Shown here in pieces: positions 25,008-34,417 of a stretch of DNA of 64,000 bases. The stretch lies in NCBI GenBank assembly GCA_016179745.1, contig JACPCP010000022.1:3536-67535 (forward strand), given 5' to 3'. The notes under the pieces are model-generated. The model did no database searches, was not told where the DNA came from, and saw nothing but the letters and a program-made list of their open reading frames with translations. The DNA comes from Candidatus Omnitrophota bacterium (GTDB lineage Bacteria > Omnitrophota > Omnitrophia > Omnitrophales > JACQLI01). Each line of letters opens with the position of its first letter. The first letter of the stretch is position 1. The position numbers and the translations under genes are program-made.

Positions 25008-25727
25008 TTACTCCACCCGGGTACCGATTTTTTCCCCGAGGACGACCCGTCGGATGTTGCCCGGCCGGGTCAGGTTGAAAACCACGATGGGAAGCCGGTT
25101 GTCCATGCAAAGGGAAATGGCCGTCGAATCCATCACTTGAAGCCGCCTCTTGAGCACTTCCAAGTAACTGAGACGGCGAAACTTTTTGGCCCGGCGGTCT
25201 TTCACCGGATCCCGGTCATAGACCCCGTCCACCTTCGTGGCCTTTAAAATGGAATCGGCGCCGATTTCAACCGCTCGGAGAGCTGCGGCTGTGTCCGTCG
25301 TGAAGTAGGGATTTCCCGTCCCGCCGGCAAAAACGACGACCCGCCGCTTTTCAAGGTGCCGAACCGCCCGTCTGCGGATGTAAGGCTCGGCCAATTGGTG
25401 AATTTCAATGGCGGACTGCACCCGGGTGTGGACACCCCTTTTTTCAAGGGCATCCTGGAGGACGAGGGAATTGATGAGGGTGGCCAGCATTCCGATGTAG
25501 TCGGCCGTGGCCCGGTCCATCCCGGCCCGGGAGGCCTTCAGGCCCCGGAAGATATTTCCGGCGCCCACGACACAGGCGACCTCGACCCCGAGATTGTGGA
25601 CTTCTTCAATCTGTTCTGCAATGGAGCCGGCCACCTTGGGGTCCACGCCGTAACCTAGCTCGCCCTGCAGGGCCTCTCCGGAAAGTTTGAGAACGATCCG
25701 TTTGTAAACGGGTTTTTGGGTGCTCAC
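25008..25727 (-). CDS. pyrH: UMP kinase
   Basis: 239 aa. Contains [41 protein letters not shown] and [13 protein letters not shown]. Confidence 0.9.
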   Translation of the reverse strand: MSTQKPVYKRIVLKLSGEALQGELGYGVDPKVAGSIAEQIEEVHNLGVEVACVVGAGNIFRGLKASRAGMDRATADYIGMLATLINSLVLQDALEKRGVHTRVQSAIEIHQLAEPYIRRRAVRHLEKRRVVVFAGGTGNPYFTTDTAAALRAVEIGADSILKATKVDGVYDRDPVKDRRAKKFRRLSYLEVLKRRLQVMDSTAISLCMDNRLPIVVFNLTRPGNIRRVVLGEKIGTRVE

Positions 25728-25730
25728 GCC

Positions 25731-26198
25731 TCAGAGCCGAACGATTGCGGGTTCTTCACCGACTTCAAAGCGGACAAAGTTTCGAATCACGATATTCTCC
25801 CCCAGACGGGCAATGGTCTCCGTCAGAATATCACGGACCGTCTTTGCCGGGTCCTTGATAAATTTCTGGTCCAACAGGGGGGCGTCCTCGGTCTGGGCCG
25901 CCACCTGCATCGCCACATCCCGGGCGAAACGTTGGAAGATCTCGTTCCGGGCCACAAAATCGGTCTCGCAGCTGATCTCCACCAAGACACCGATCTTCCC
26001 GCCGGCATGGACATAAGAAATGACTTGCCCCTCCCGGACTTCCCGGTTTCCCTTCTTCTTCGCAACTTCAATCCCCTGCTTTCGAAGAATCTCACAGGCC
26101 TTGTCGAAACTGCCCCGGGCCTCGGCAAAGGCCCGCTTGCAATCCATGATGCCGGCGCCGGTCGTCTCACGCAGCTTTAGAATTTCGTCTTTGCTCAT
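25731..26198 (-). CDS. tsf: Elongation factor Ts (unusually short form)
   Basis: 155 aa from the ATG at 26198. The UBA-like N-terminus is LKLRETTGAGIMDCKRAF, followed by GVLVEISCETDFVARNEIF and a C-terminal GENIVIRNFVRFEVG. A conserved middle segment seems absent (see findings). Confidence 0.8.
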   Translation of the reverse strand: MSKDEILKLRETTGAGIMDCKRAFAEARGSFDKACEILRKQGIEVAKKKGNREVREGQVISYVHAGGKIGVLVEISCETDFVARNEIFQRFARDVAMQVAAQTEDAPLLDQKFIKDPAKTVRDILTETIARLGENIVIRNFVRFEVGEEPAIVRL

Positions 26199-26209
26199 GG
26201 CGGTCAGGC

Positions 26210-27160
26210 TCACTTTATTTTTTTCGGCTCTTTCGCCCGGACGGGACGCTTGGTCTTTAACCTGGTTTCGGACTCCAGCTTTTCCCGCTCAAACCGGGCG
26301 GCCAATTCTTCGGCCGTCTCAACCACTTCTTTCTCGGGCCCGGGAGAGGCAGCGGCCCCGCCCGTTTCAACCTCCGCTTCGGTCTCCTCGGCCCCGGCCT
26401 CCCTGCCGGGCGCTTCGGCCGTTTTCTCGACCCATCTTTCCTCTCCGGTTTTGAGGGCCTCCGGATAAAGATTCAGGAATTCATTGCGCCCGCTTTGAAT
26501 GGCATCGGCCACCAGGTCGCAGAAAAGCTTGACGGCCCGAATGGCATCATCATTTCCGGGAATCGGGTAATCCACCAGCTCGGGATCACAATTGGTGTCG
26601 ATCAAGGCAACGGTCGGGATCCCGAGGCGCCGGGCCTCCTTGAGGGCAATCTCCTCCTTTTTCGTATCAATCATAAAAAGGGCGTCCGGGAGCCGCTTCA
26701 TTTGACGGACCCCGCTCAAATACCGCACAAGCTTCTCCCTTTCCTTCAAAAGCTGGGAGGCCTCCTTTTTCGTGATAAATTTCAGGTTCCCCTCCCGTTC
26801 CATTTGGTCGATCCAGTCAAGACGGGCAACAGATTTTCGGACCGTCTCAAAATTGGTCAGCATCCCGCCCAGCCACCGCTCGTGAACGTAAGGCATGCCG
26901 CATTTGATGCCTACCTCCTGAATCACTTCCTTCGCCTGTTTCTTGGTGCCGACGAAGAGGATGTCTTTTCCCCCGCTCGCCACCTTTTGCAGAAACGCAA
27001 GCGCCCGCTTGAGGCACTCAAGGGTCAGCTCAAGGTTAATAATGTAAATCCCGTTCTTCTCGCCAAAGATATATCGCTTCATCTTTGGGTTCCAGCGTTT
27101 GGTCTGGTGGCCGAAATGCACTCCGGCCTCGAGCAATTGCTTAAGGGTGATTTCCGACAT
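26210..27160 (-). CDS. rpsB: 30S ribosomal protein S2 with acidic/Ala-rich C-terminal tail
   Basis: 316 aa from MSEITLKQLLEAGVHFGHQTKRWNPKM. The ORF-track start at 27604 is an artefactual extension into mscS. Confidence 0.9.
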   Translation of the reverse strand: MSEITLKQLLEAGVHFGHQTKRWNPKMKRYIFGEKNGIYIINLELTLECLKRALAFLQKVASGGKDILFVGTKKQAKEVIQEVGIKCGMPYVHERWLGGMLTNFETVRKSVARLDWIDQMEREGNLKFITKKEASQLLKEREKLVRYLSGVRQMKRLPDALFMIDTKKEEIALKEARRLGIPTVALIDTNCDPELVDYPIPGNDDAIRAVKLFCDLVADAIQSGRNEFLNLYPEALKTGEERWVEKTAEAPGREAGAEETEAEVETGGAAASPGPEKEVVETAEELAARFEREKLESETRLKTKRPVRAKEPKKIK

Positions 27161-27250
27161 TGGATTTAATTCGTAACTCCTTACGGTATCAATGGTTTTA
27201 GCGTTCCAAGCCCTTCTTTCAGGAATCCGTTTCCTGCCAAAAGGTTTCGT

Positions 27251-27278
27251 ATTATAACAAAGTTTCCCAAACGGGCAA
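27251..27278 (-). promoter_or_regulatory. Sigma-70-type promoter for rpsB-tsf
   Basis: Minus strand reads TTGCCC-16 nt-TATAAT in the 127-nt gap between the mscS stop and the rpsB start. Confidence 0.5.
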
Positions 27279-27287
27279 TGAGTTAAA

Positions 27288-28331
27288 TCAAACAGCCCGG
27301 GGGGATTGAGCGCTGAGGGTCTTGGCCGCCTTGTCTGAAATCTCAAGCGTGCGGATGGGGAAGGGGATGACAATGCCTTCTTTTTGATAACGCCCGTGAA
27401 GCGCCTTGATGAACTCGTGGATGACCAGGTATTGGTCCGTGAATTCCCTGACTCGAAGGATGACGGTGAAATTGACGCTCGATTCCCCAAAGGTGTGGTA
27501 ACGGATAAAAGGCTCGAAACTCGGGACCGCCCCCTGCACTCTCTTTTGAATTTCCCTCGCCACCTCAATCGTAATCCGCTCCACCTTCTCAAGGTCGCTT
27601 GCATAGTGCACGCCTACCTGGACAAGGGCTGCTAGTTCTTTATCGGGAAGGTAGTAATTTCGGATCCGGCTCGAAATGATCTGGTTGTTCGAGCCGATCT
27701 CCGTCACGTATCCCTTCTCCTGTGATTCGAGTTCGATGTAATCCCCGACACGAATCGGCTGATCGGCAATGATGTAAAGCCCGGCAAAGAGATTGACCAA
27801 CGTCTCCTGGAGCCCCAACGCCACGGCCAGGGAACCGATCCCGAGAGAGGCCACGAGCGGCGTGATCGAGATACCGAGTGAATCCATGAGGATGAGAAAT
27901 CCGAAGGTCAGAACCGTCAGCCGGATCAGCCCCTGGACAATCCCGCCCGAAAGGTCCACCGCACGCACTCGACCGGCGAACTGCCGGAGCCCCCCCACCA
28001 GGAAACGGTCCAGGAAAAAAAAGAGGGCCACGATGATGACGATCCGGACCGCCAAATCGGTTTGCCGGGAAATCTCTTCCGAAATGGGGAGAAACTTGAA
28101 CAAAAGGCCGACGCCCACACCCAAGATCACGAGGCTCAAAGGAAGGTCGAGGCTCTTGATAAGAATGTTGTCCCAGCGGACCGCTGTCTTCTCTCCCCAT
28201 CTTCTCAGCCGGTAGAAACAAAAACCCTTCAGCCCGTAAAGGACGACGAGCCAGCCCGCAAAAAGAACGGGCCCGTAGACCCAGGCGGAAAGAGTCAAAC
28301 CCAAAATGTGAATCGAGGTTGTTTCCATCAA
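27288..28331 (-). CDS. MscS-family mechanosensitive channel
   Basis: 347 aa with TM helices, then LGLQETLVNLFAGLYIIADQPIRVGDYIE ... and a C-terminal alpha/beta domain (FGESSVNFTVILRV). Confidence 0.75.
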   Translation of the reverse strand: MMETTSIHILGLTLSAWVYGPVLFAGWLVVLYGLKGFCFYRLRRWGEKTAVRWDNILIKSLDLPLSLVILGVGVGLLFKFLPISEEISRQTDLAVRIVIIVALFFFLDRFLVGGLRQFAGRVRAVDLSGGIVQGLIRLTVLTFGFLILMDSLGISITPLVASLGIGSLAVALGLQETLVNLFAGLYIIADQPIRVGDYIELESQEKGYVTEIGSNNQIISSRIRNYYLPDKELAALVQVGVHYASDLEKVERITIEVAREIQKRVQGAVPSFEPFIRYHTFGESSVNFTVILRVREFTDQYLVIHEFIKALHGRYQKEGIVIPFPIRTLEISDKAAKTLSAQSPRAV

Positions 28332-28368
28332 GATATCCTAAACGATGAGAACTTCGAGAAAGGGGCTG

Positions 28369-29346
28369 CTAGGCGACCGGCTTCGAGGCGACGAGCTCTT
28401 TTCTCACTTCCCGGGCAGCTTCCACGACGACACGGAGCTTGTCCTTGGCCTCCTGGACCTCCCGGGTCTTCAAGCCGCAATCGGGATCGACATAAATCTG
28501 CTCCGGCCGGAAGACTTCCAGCGCCTGTTCGATCCGTTTCTTCACCTCGTCTTTCGACTCCAGGCGGTGGGAATGGACATCCACGACGCCGAGACCGTTG
28601 GTGAAGGGGGTCTTCCGGATCAATTCAAAGAGATTGAAGTCTGAATTGGAGAGCTCGAGGTCGATCTGGTCCACGGGGATCTCCAGCATGCCGGGATAAA
28701 TCTTCTGAAAATCGCCGTAACAAATGTGGGTCAGGGTCTTCGCCTTGAGGCCCTGTGTCACAATTCCCATCGCTTCACAGGCAAGCGGCAGTTCCTCGGG
28801 GCGGACGGAAACTGCCGGCTCGTCGATTTGAATGTACTGGGCGCCCGCCTTCTCCAGATCCACGGCCTCCTCATGGACCACCTCAGCCAACGCAAGCGTC
28901 AGCTCACGGCGGTCCTTGTAATATTCGTTAAAACTCCAGTCCATCACGGTGTAAGGCCCGGTCAGCATCCCCTTCACAGGCTTTTTCGTAAGACTCTGCG
29001 CAAATTTGAACCACTCGAGCGTGATCGGTTTCGCCCGTTTCACTTGATCCACCACGACCGGCTTCCGGTAATAACGGTTCCCGTAAGAGCGCACCAGGCC
29101 CGAGATCTCAAAACCCTTCCACGTCTCGGCAAAGTAGGTGACCATGTCTCCCCGATACATCTCGCCGTCCACGAGGATGTCGATCCCGATCTCTTCCTGA
29201 AACCGGATCCACTCCCGGGTGGCCCGCTCTTCAAGCTCCCTCAATTTCTTGGCTGAAATCTCCCCCCGGCTGGCCTGCGTGCGGGCCCGCTTCAGGTAAT
29301 CAGGTTTCGGGAAACTGCCGACGGAAGTGGTCGGAAGAAGATTCAT
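28369..29346 (-). CDS. Cobalamin-independent methionine synthase, catalytic (C-terminal-type) barrel
   Basis: 326 aa from MNLLPTTSVGSFPKP. Zn-ligand motifs are present (THICYGDF, DPDCGLKTR). ATGA overlap with the upstream gene. Confidence 0.7.
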   Translation of the reverse strand: MNLLPTTSVGSFPKPDYLKRARTQASRGEISAKKLRELEERATREWIRFQEEIGIDILVDGEMYRGDMVTYFAETWKGFEISGLVRSYGNRYYRKPVVVDQVKRAKPITLEWFKFAQSLTKKPVKGMLTGPYTVMDWSFNEYYKDRRELTLALAEVVHEEAVDLEKAGAQYIQIDEPAVSVRPEELPLACEAMGIVTQGLKAKTLTHICYGDFQKIYPGMLEIPVDQIDLELSNSDFNLFELIRKTPFTNGLGVVDVHSHRLESKDEVKKRIEQALEVFRPEQIYVDPDCGLKTREVQEAKDKLRVVVEAAREVRKELVASKPVA

Positions 29347-30332
29347 GCCTTCACCTTCGCTTCCCGGAATTCCCGGACGACCTTCGAAAGATGGGCGAGC
29401 TTTTTCCGGGCCGTCTCCCGGGGTAAAAATTCCAGTCCGTAATTGGGCGAGAGGGAAAGGTTCTCCGCCGAGACAAAATCCAGGGCCCGCTCGAGCCTTT
29501 CGTGAAGTTCCTCTTCGGTTTCCATCTTTGTATTTCGGGCGTCGACCAGGCCGGCCAAAAGCTTCTTCGTAAAAGGGGATTTCCCCAAGAGCCGCCAATT
29601 TTCCGGGGCCGTCGCCAAATCAAGCCCCACGGCGGTCACCGGCACTTCCAGAATCTGGGGATAGAGCCCCCGGAGGTCGCCATAGTTCAGAAAAAGGACC
29701 GTCTCGATCCCCTCCGGCAGAAGGCGGGCCAATTTGGTCCAGATTTTCTTGAAGACGGGAAATTCTTTTTTGAATTGAAGCAGCGCCGGCTCGTCAAATT
29801 GAATGATCGTAGCGCCGACCCGGGCGAGACGCTGGGCCTCCTCGCCCAGGATCACGGCCAGCCTGCCGGCAAACTCCTCAAAATCCTTGTAATGAAGGTC
29901 CTTGGAGAGTTTTGCAAGCGTGAAGGGCCCGGTCAAAAGGGCCTTGACCGGCACCGAGCTCAAGGCATTGGCAAATTGGAAGTCCTTGACCACGAGGGAG
30001 TCCGGCGCTTCCAGGTCCGCCTCACACACAGGCTGGCGGTAAAAAGTGTTGGTGTCGAAATAACGCAGGAGGCCGGTCAGTTTGAATCCTTTGATTTTCC
30101 CGGCCAGATAGGTGACGGCGTCATCCCAGCGGATCTGGCCATCGGTGACTATCTCAAGCCCGGCCTCGACCTGCTCTTGAAGGGCGTGGCGGGTCACCTC
30201 GTCTTTGATCCGCTCAAGCCCGGCCTCATCGATTTCCTTCCGGTCAAGCTGTCCATGGGCCCGCCTGAGGACCTGCTCTTCCGGCTTGTCGCCGATCTTC
30301 GGGTAATGACTGACTGCACTGAGGGTCAACAT
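29343..30332 (-). CDS. MetE N-terminal-barrel-like protein (no Zn ligands)
   Basis: About 329 aa from MLTLSAVSHYPKIG. Homologous in layout to the downstream gene, but the equivalent positions read LNYGDL and SPNYGLEF, with no His or Cys. Confidence 0.6.
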   Translation of the reverse strand: MLTLSAVSHYPKIGDKPEEQVLRRAHGQLDRKEIDEAGLERIKDEVTRHALQEQVEAGLEIVTDGQIRWDDAVTYLAGKIKGFKLTGLLRYFDTNTFYRQPVCEADLEAPDSLVVKDFQFANALSSVPVKALLTGPFTLAKLSKDLHYKDFEEFAGRLAVILGEEAQRLARVGATIIQFDEPALLQFKKEFPVFKKIWTKLARLLPEGIETVLFLNYGDLRGLYPQILEVPVTAVGLDLATAPENWRLLGKSPFTKKLLAGLVDARNTKMETEEELHERLERALDFVSAENLSLSPNYGLEFLPRETARKKLAHLSKVVREFREAKVKA

Positions 30333-30423
30333 GATTTTTGTCTTATCGGTGTCGTCTTGGTTTTTCGAGAAAGGGCGTATTTTAGGCAACTCCCCCGCCA
30401 AATGCAAACGGTATTTACAGAAA

Positions 30424-31827
30424 TTACCGCTTCTTGGGCTGAGTCAAGTTCCCGGGAGAAAGGACTTTGTCGAGGATGGACTTGGGGAGGAGTTTTTTAT
30501 CGAGGACGACCTGGCGGAGCGGCTTTCCGGTGCGGACGGATTCTTTGACGCACTCGGCCGCCTTCGCATAACCGATGTGGGGATTCAAGGCTGCGGCGAT
30601 GCCGTAACTTTCTTCGGCATATCGCTTCGCCTTTGCGGCGTTAGCAGTGATCCCTTCGATGCAGTGTGTCCGGAGCACCCCGCAGACATTCTTCAGGATT
30701 TCGATCGATTGAAACAAATTGTGCGCAATCACAGGCCGCATCACATTGAGCTCCAGCTGCCCCGCCTGCACGGCCGTAGAGATCGCCAGGTCGTTTCCGA
30801 TCACTTGGAACGCAACCTGGGCCGTGACCTCGGGCATCACCGGATTCACCTTCCCCGGCATGATGGAAGAACCCGGCTGACGGGTGGGCAGACGAATTTC
30901 AGCCAACCCTGTTTTTGGCCCTGAGCTTAAAAGCCGGAGGTCATTGGAAACTTGAATCAATGACAGGGCGAAGGCCCGAAGCACCCCGGAGATGCCGGCA
31001 AAATCGGCATCGGACTGCATCAGCTCAAAAAGGTTCTTCCCGCTCTTCACGGGAAGGCCCGTCACCCGCCTCAGGTTTTGAATCACCCGGCTTCGGTAGG
31101 CCAGCGTGGTATTGAGCCCGGTCCCTACGGCCGAGCCCCCGATCCCGAGCTCGAAAAGATTTCTTCCCATCGCCTCCGCACGCAGACGCCCCTTCTCCAA
31201 TTGCCTGGCATAACCTGAAAATTCCTGGCCCAGGGTGATCGGAGTGGCGTCTTGCAAATGGGTCCGTCCGGATTTGATGACCCGGCGGAATTCGCCTGCC
31301 TTTTTGGCGAACGACTTTTCAAGCGCTTTGGAGGACTCGGAAAACTCCCGGAGAAGCCGGCAGGCGCCAACCCGCAGGGCGGTCGGAATCACGTCATTGG
31401 TGGATTGGCCGGCATTCACGTGATCGTGGGGGCTCAAAAACTCGTAATCCCCTTTTTTCCGGCCCAGGATTTCAAGCGCCCGGTTCGCAATCACTTCATT
31501 GACATTCATGTGGCAGGAAACACCGGCGCCCGACTGCAGGACATCGGTGACGAATTGATCGTTCAGCCGGCCTACCATGACCTCCTCCGCCGCCCGGATG
31601 ATCGCCCGGGCCCGGCGCCCGTCCAGGACCCCCCGGCTCTGGTTCGCCAGGGCACAGGCCTTCTTGATGGCCCCGAGGGCCCAGAAAAACGTGGGATGGA
31701 AACGAAGGCCGGAGATGGGAAAATTTTCAACCGCACGGACGGTCTCAGCGCCGTAATAGGCTTCTGCCGGGACGCTCTTCGCGCCGAGCGAATCCCGTTC
31801 CGTGCGCAGTCGAATGGTTTTTGGCAT
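30424..31827 (-). CDS. aspA: Aspartate ammonia-lyase (class II fumarase/aspartase family)
   Basis: 467 aa. The signature is GSSIMPGKVNPV. AspA-like blocks are RAVENFPISG, DHVNAGQSTNDVIPTA and DLRLLSSGPKTGLAEIRLP. Confidence 0.8.
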   Translation of the reverse strand: MPKTIRLRTERDSLGAKSVPAEAYYGAETVRAVENFPISGLRFHPTFFWALGAIKKACALANQSRGVLDGRRARAIIRAAEEVMVGRLNDQFVTDVLQSGAGVSCHMNVNEVIANRALEILGRKKGDYEFLSPHDHVNAGQSTNDVIPTALRVGACRLLREFSESSKALEKSFAKKAGEFRRVIKSGRTHLQDATPITLGQEFSGYARQLEKGRLRAEAMGRNLFELGIGGSAVGTGLNTTLAYRSRVIQNLRRVTGLPVKSGKNLFELMQSDADFAGISGVLRAFALSLIQVSNDLRLLSSGPKTGLAEIRLPTRQPGSSIMPGKVNPVMPEVTAQVAFQVIGNDLAISTAVQAGQLELNVMRPVIAHNLFQSIEILKNVCGVLRTHCIEGITANAAKAKRYAEESYGIAAALNPHIGYAKAAECVKESVRTGKPLRQVVLDKKLLPKSILDKVLSPGNLTQPKKR

Positions 31828-31838
31828 GACGGGGAATC

Positions 31839-32708
31839 TTATTGAAATTGTGAGAGGATTTCGTCCACCGAGGCCTTTCCCCGCTTCTGGATGGAGTCCT
31901 CTTGAATCTTCCGGGCCCGTTCGTGAAAGGCAGTTCGTTCCCGTTTGTAGATGACACCCAGCGGAATCGTCTCCCGCTCAAGCGCCAATTGAAAGGCCTT
32001 GAGCCGGTCGGTAGGGTCATGTTCGGGGCCGATGAATCGCACCCGCTGAGAAATCGGTTTGTAGATATCGTGAAACGTCGTGCAGGGGCTCAGCACTTCG
32101 ACCAGGGCAAACCCCTTGTGCTCCACGCCCTGGATGATCAAGTCCGTAAGTTCCTTGGGTTTGGCGGAAAATCCCCGGGCCACGAAACCGATATCGTAAG
32201 CGATCGCCATCGCCACCGGATTCAGCGGTTCATCCATCTGGCCGTAAGGCGTGGTGCCGGTTGAAAATTCCTGCGGGGCGGTGGCCGAGCCCTGGCCTTT
32301 CGTCAGCCCGTAGACTTCGTTATCCATGACAATGTAACAGACGTCGATATTCCGCCGGGCCGCATGCGGGATGTGACCGGCACCGATCGAATAGGCGTCA
32401 CCGTCGCCTCCCACCGCCAGGACTTCCAGATTCGGATTGGCCGTTTTGACACCCGTCGCCACCGGAAGCACCCGTCCGTGGACCGTGTGAAATCCGTAGG
32501 ATTTAACGTAGCCGGAAAGCCGCCCCGAACATCCGATTCCCGCTACCACCACCAGATTATCCGGATTGATCTGTTTGGTGGCGAGCATTCGATAGATGCA
32601 GGTCAGCACTCCGAAATCCCCGCAGCCCGGGCACCAGACCGGGTGGACGTCTGTTTTGTATTCCTTGGCCGTTAAACCTTGTGTGTTTGTTTCAACCACG
32701 TTCCGCAA
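31839..32708 (-). CDS. korB: 2-oxoacid:ferredoxin oxidoreductase beta subunit
   Basis: 289 aa. Contains WCPGCGDFGVL and the TPP-binding block GGDGDAYSIGAGH. Confidence 0.8.
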   Translation of the reverse strand: MRNVVETNTQGLTAKEYKTDVHPVWCPGCGDFGVLTCIYRMLATKQINPDNLVVVAGIGCSGRLSGYVKSYGFHTVHGRVLPVATGVKTANPNLEVLAVGGDGDAYSIGAGHIPHAARRNIDVCYIVMDNEVYGLTKGQGSATAPQEFSTGTTPYGQMDEPLNPVAMAIAYDIGFVARGFSAKPKELTDLIIQGVEHKGFALVEVLSPCTTFHDIYKPISQRVRFIGPEHDPTDRLKAFQLALERETIPLGVIYKRERTAFHERARKIQEDSIQKRGKASVDEILSQFQ

Positions 32709-34417
32709 ACCTCCTCAACCTTTTCCAGAATCTCGTTGGGCGTGAAGGGAAGCCCCGCCACTTTATTCAACTGGACCACGTCCATCAGATAGCGGGCCCG
32801 AATCTCCTTGGCAAATTGGCCGGTGACATTGAGTTCCGGGACAATGACTGTTTTCACGGATCGAATAAAATCTCCGAGTTCCGCCGGCATCGGGTGAAGC
32901 ACCTTGGGATGGAAGGCGGCCACGCGGTATCCTTTCGCATTGGCCGCCTGCACGGCCTCCCGGATCACGCCTTCGCTCGAACCCCAGCCCACAATCCCGA
33001 TGTCGGCATCGAGGGGTCCGTAACGGCGGAAAAGATCCGGCCCCTGAAGAACCAGTTTCATCTTCCGCCACCGCTTTTCACTCATCCGCCGGTGAATGTC
33101 CGGCTCGTAACTCAGCTCGCAATCCTCACCGTGCTCAATCCCGGTCGCCGAAAAGGCGCCGCCGGGGGTCCCGGGAACCGTCATGGGAGAGACCCCGGTT
33201 TCCGTCATCTGGAATCTTTTGTAATGATCCAGCTCGCCCGGTTTTGGTTTGAGAATTTCTTCAGCGCGCACCTGCTGGACATCGGGTTTGCGGACCGTTG
33301 CCGTCCGCTGCGCCAAGTATTGATCGGAAAGAACGATGACCGGCATCTGACAGCGGACCGCATAATTGAAAGCACGGATCATCCCATAAAAGGCGTCCTC
33401 GACACTCGTGAGCGCCATGACAATCCGGGGCGCATCGCCATGGCCCGCAGAAATGGCGTGCCGCAAATCGCTTTGCTCGGTCTTGGTGGGCATTCCGGTG
33501 CTGGGCCCTGCCCGCTGACAATCCACAATGACACAGGGGAGTTCCGCCATGCTCGCCAGACCCAGGAATTCTGTCATGAGGTCGATCCCCGGACCGGAGG
33601 AGGCTGTCATCGCTTTGACACCGGCAAAGGCCGCCCCCAACACCATTCCGACAGCAGCGATTTCATCCTCGGCCTGGATCAGCGTTCCCCCGAAGCGGGG
33701 AAGCTCCCGGGCCAAAAATTCCATAATGTCCGTGGCGGGTGTGATCGGGTAACCGGCGTAGAAACGCATCCCCGCCTGAATGGCCCCCAGGGCCACTGCC
33801 TGGTTGCCGGACAGGACGAGGCGATTGTCGCCCTTCCGGGTTTCGATCAGGCAGTCGTCTTTTTTCGTCAGATTTTTCTCAACCCACTGATAGCCGTGCT
33901 TCAGGGCCTGAAAGTTGAGATTCAGGATGGCCTCACCCTTTTTCCCGAACTTTTCGCGCAGGATGGTTTCCAGGATCGAGAAATCGACGCCGCAGAGCTT
34001 GGAAAGGACGCCGAGGAAAATAATATTTTTGGTGAGGTAATTCCGCATCTCGAGCTTTGCCATCTCGGAAACAGGGATTCCATAAAGAAGGGCGTGGATC
34101 CCCTCTTCCGGCTTGGTGGAACTGGAATCGTAGAGGATCACCCCCTGACCGTCTTTCCGGACATCCTTGGCATGACGATCGTAGGCTTCCTGATTGAAGC
34201 AGATCAGCACATCCACTTCACTGCCCTGGGAAAGCAGGAGTTCCCTGGAGGTCCGGACCTGAAACATGGCCGGGCCGCCTTTGATTTCGGCCGGGTAACT
34301 GCGGAAGGTGTAAATCTCGAGCCCCATCCGGGCGCAGGCGAGTGTTAGAATTTCACCGCAACTGATGACGCCCTCTCCCCCTTCCCCTCCGACTCTGAAA
34401 ACAATGTCTGTCTTCAT
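32672..34417 (-). CDS. korA: 2-oxoacid:ferredoxin oxidoreductase alpha subunit (gamma-alpha fused type)
   Basis: 581 aa with an N-terminal POR gamma-like domain (GGEGGEGVISCGEIL), then the alpha domain (GYPITPATDI, LIQAEDEIAA). Confidence 0.8.
   Translation of the reverse strand: MKTDIVFRVGGEGGEGVISCGEILTLACARMGLEIYTFRSYPAEIKGGPAMFQVRTSRELLLSQGSEVDVLICFNQEAYDRHAKDVRKDGQGVILYDSSSTKPEEGIHALLYGIPVSEMAKLEMRNYLTKNIIFLGVLSKLCGVDFSILETILREKFGKKGEAILNLNFQALKHGYQWVEKNLTKKDDCLIETRKGDNRLVLSGNQAVALGAIQAGMRFYAGYPITPATDIMEFLARELPRFGGTLIQAEDEIAAVGMVLGAAFAGVKAMTASSGPGIDLMTEFLGLASMAELPCVIVDCQRAGPSTGMPTKTEQSDLRHAISAGHGDAPRIVMALTSVEDAFYGMIRAFNYAVRCQMPVIVLSDQYLAQRTATVRKPDVQQVRAEEILKPKPGELDHYKRFQMTETGVSPMTVPGTPGGAFSATGIEHGEDCELSYEPDIHRRMSEKRWRKMKLVLQGPDLFRRYGPLDADIGIVGWGSSEGVIREAVQAANAKGYRVAAFHPKVLHPMPAELGDFIRSVKTVIVPELNVTGQFAKEIRARYLMDVVQLNKVAGLPFTPNEILEKVEEVCGTWLKQTHKV

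Noticed and set aside
27161-27604. Long N-terminal extension of the rpsB ORF (464 aa in the track).
   Set aside because: The canonical S2 N-terminus MSEITLKQLLEAGVHFGH starts at 27160. The extension overlaps the mscS gene and the rpsB promoter. Similar artificial extensions were trimmed for frr (to 24999), the ABC ATPase (17909), acpS (20607), ydjC (20222), GH35 (9551), argF (60034), dapA (54391), lysA (56555), the methyltransferase (23828) and the OMP (52788).
30333-30423. Possible SAM or B12 riboswitch upstream of the split metE pair.
   Set aside because: The intergenic region is only ~90 nt and shows none of the conserved cores I know for these riboswitches.
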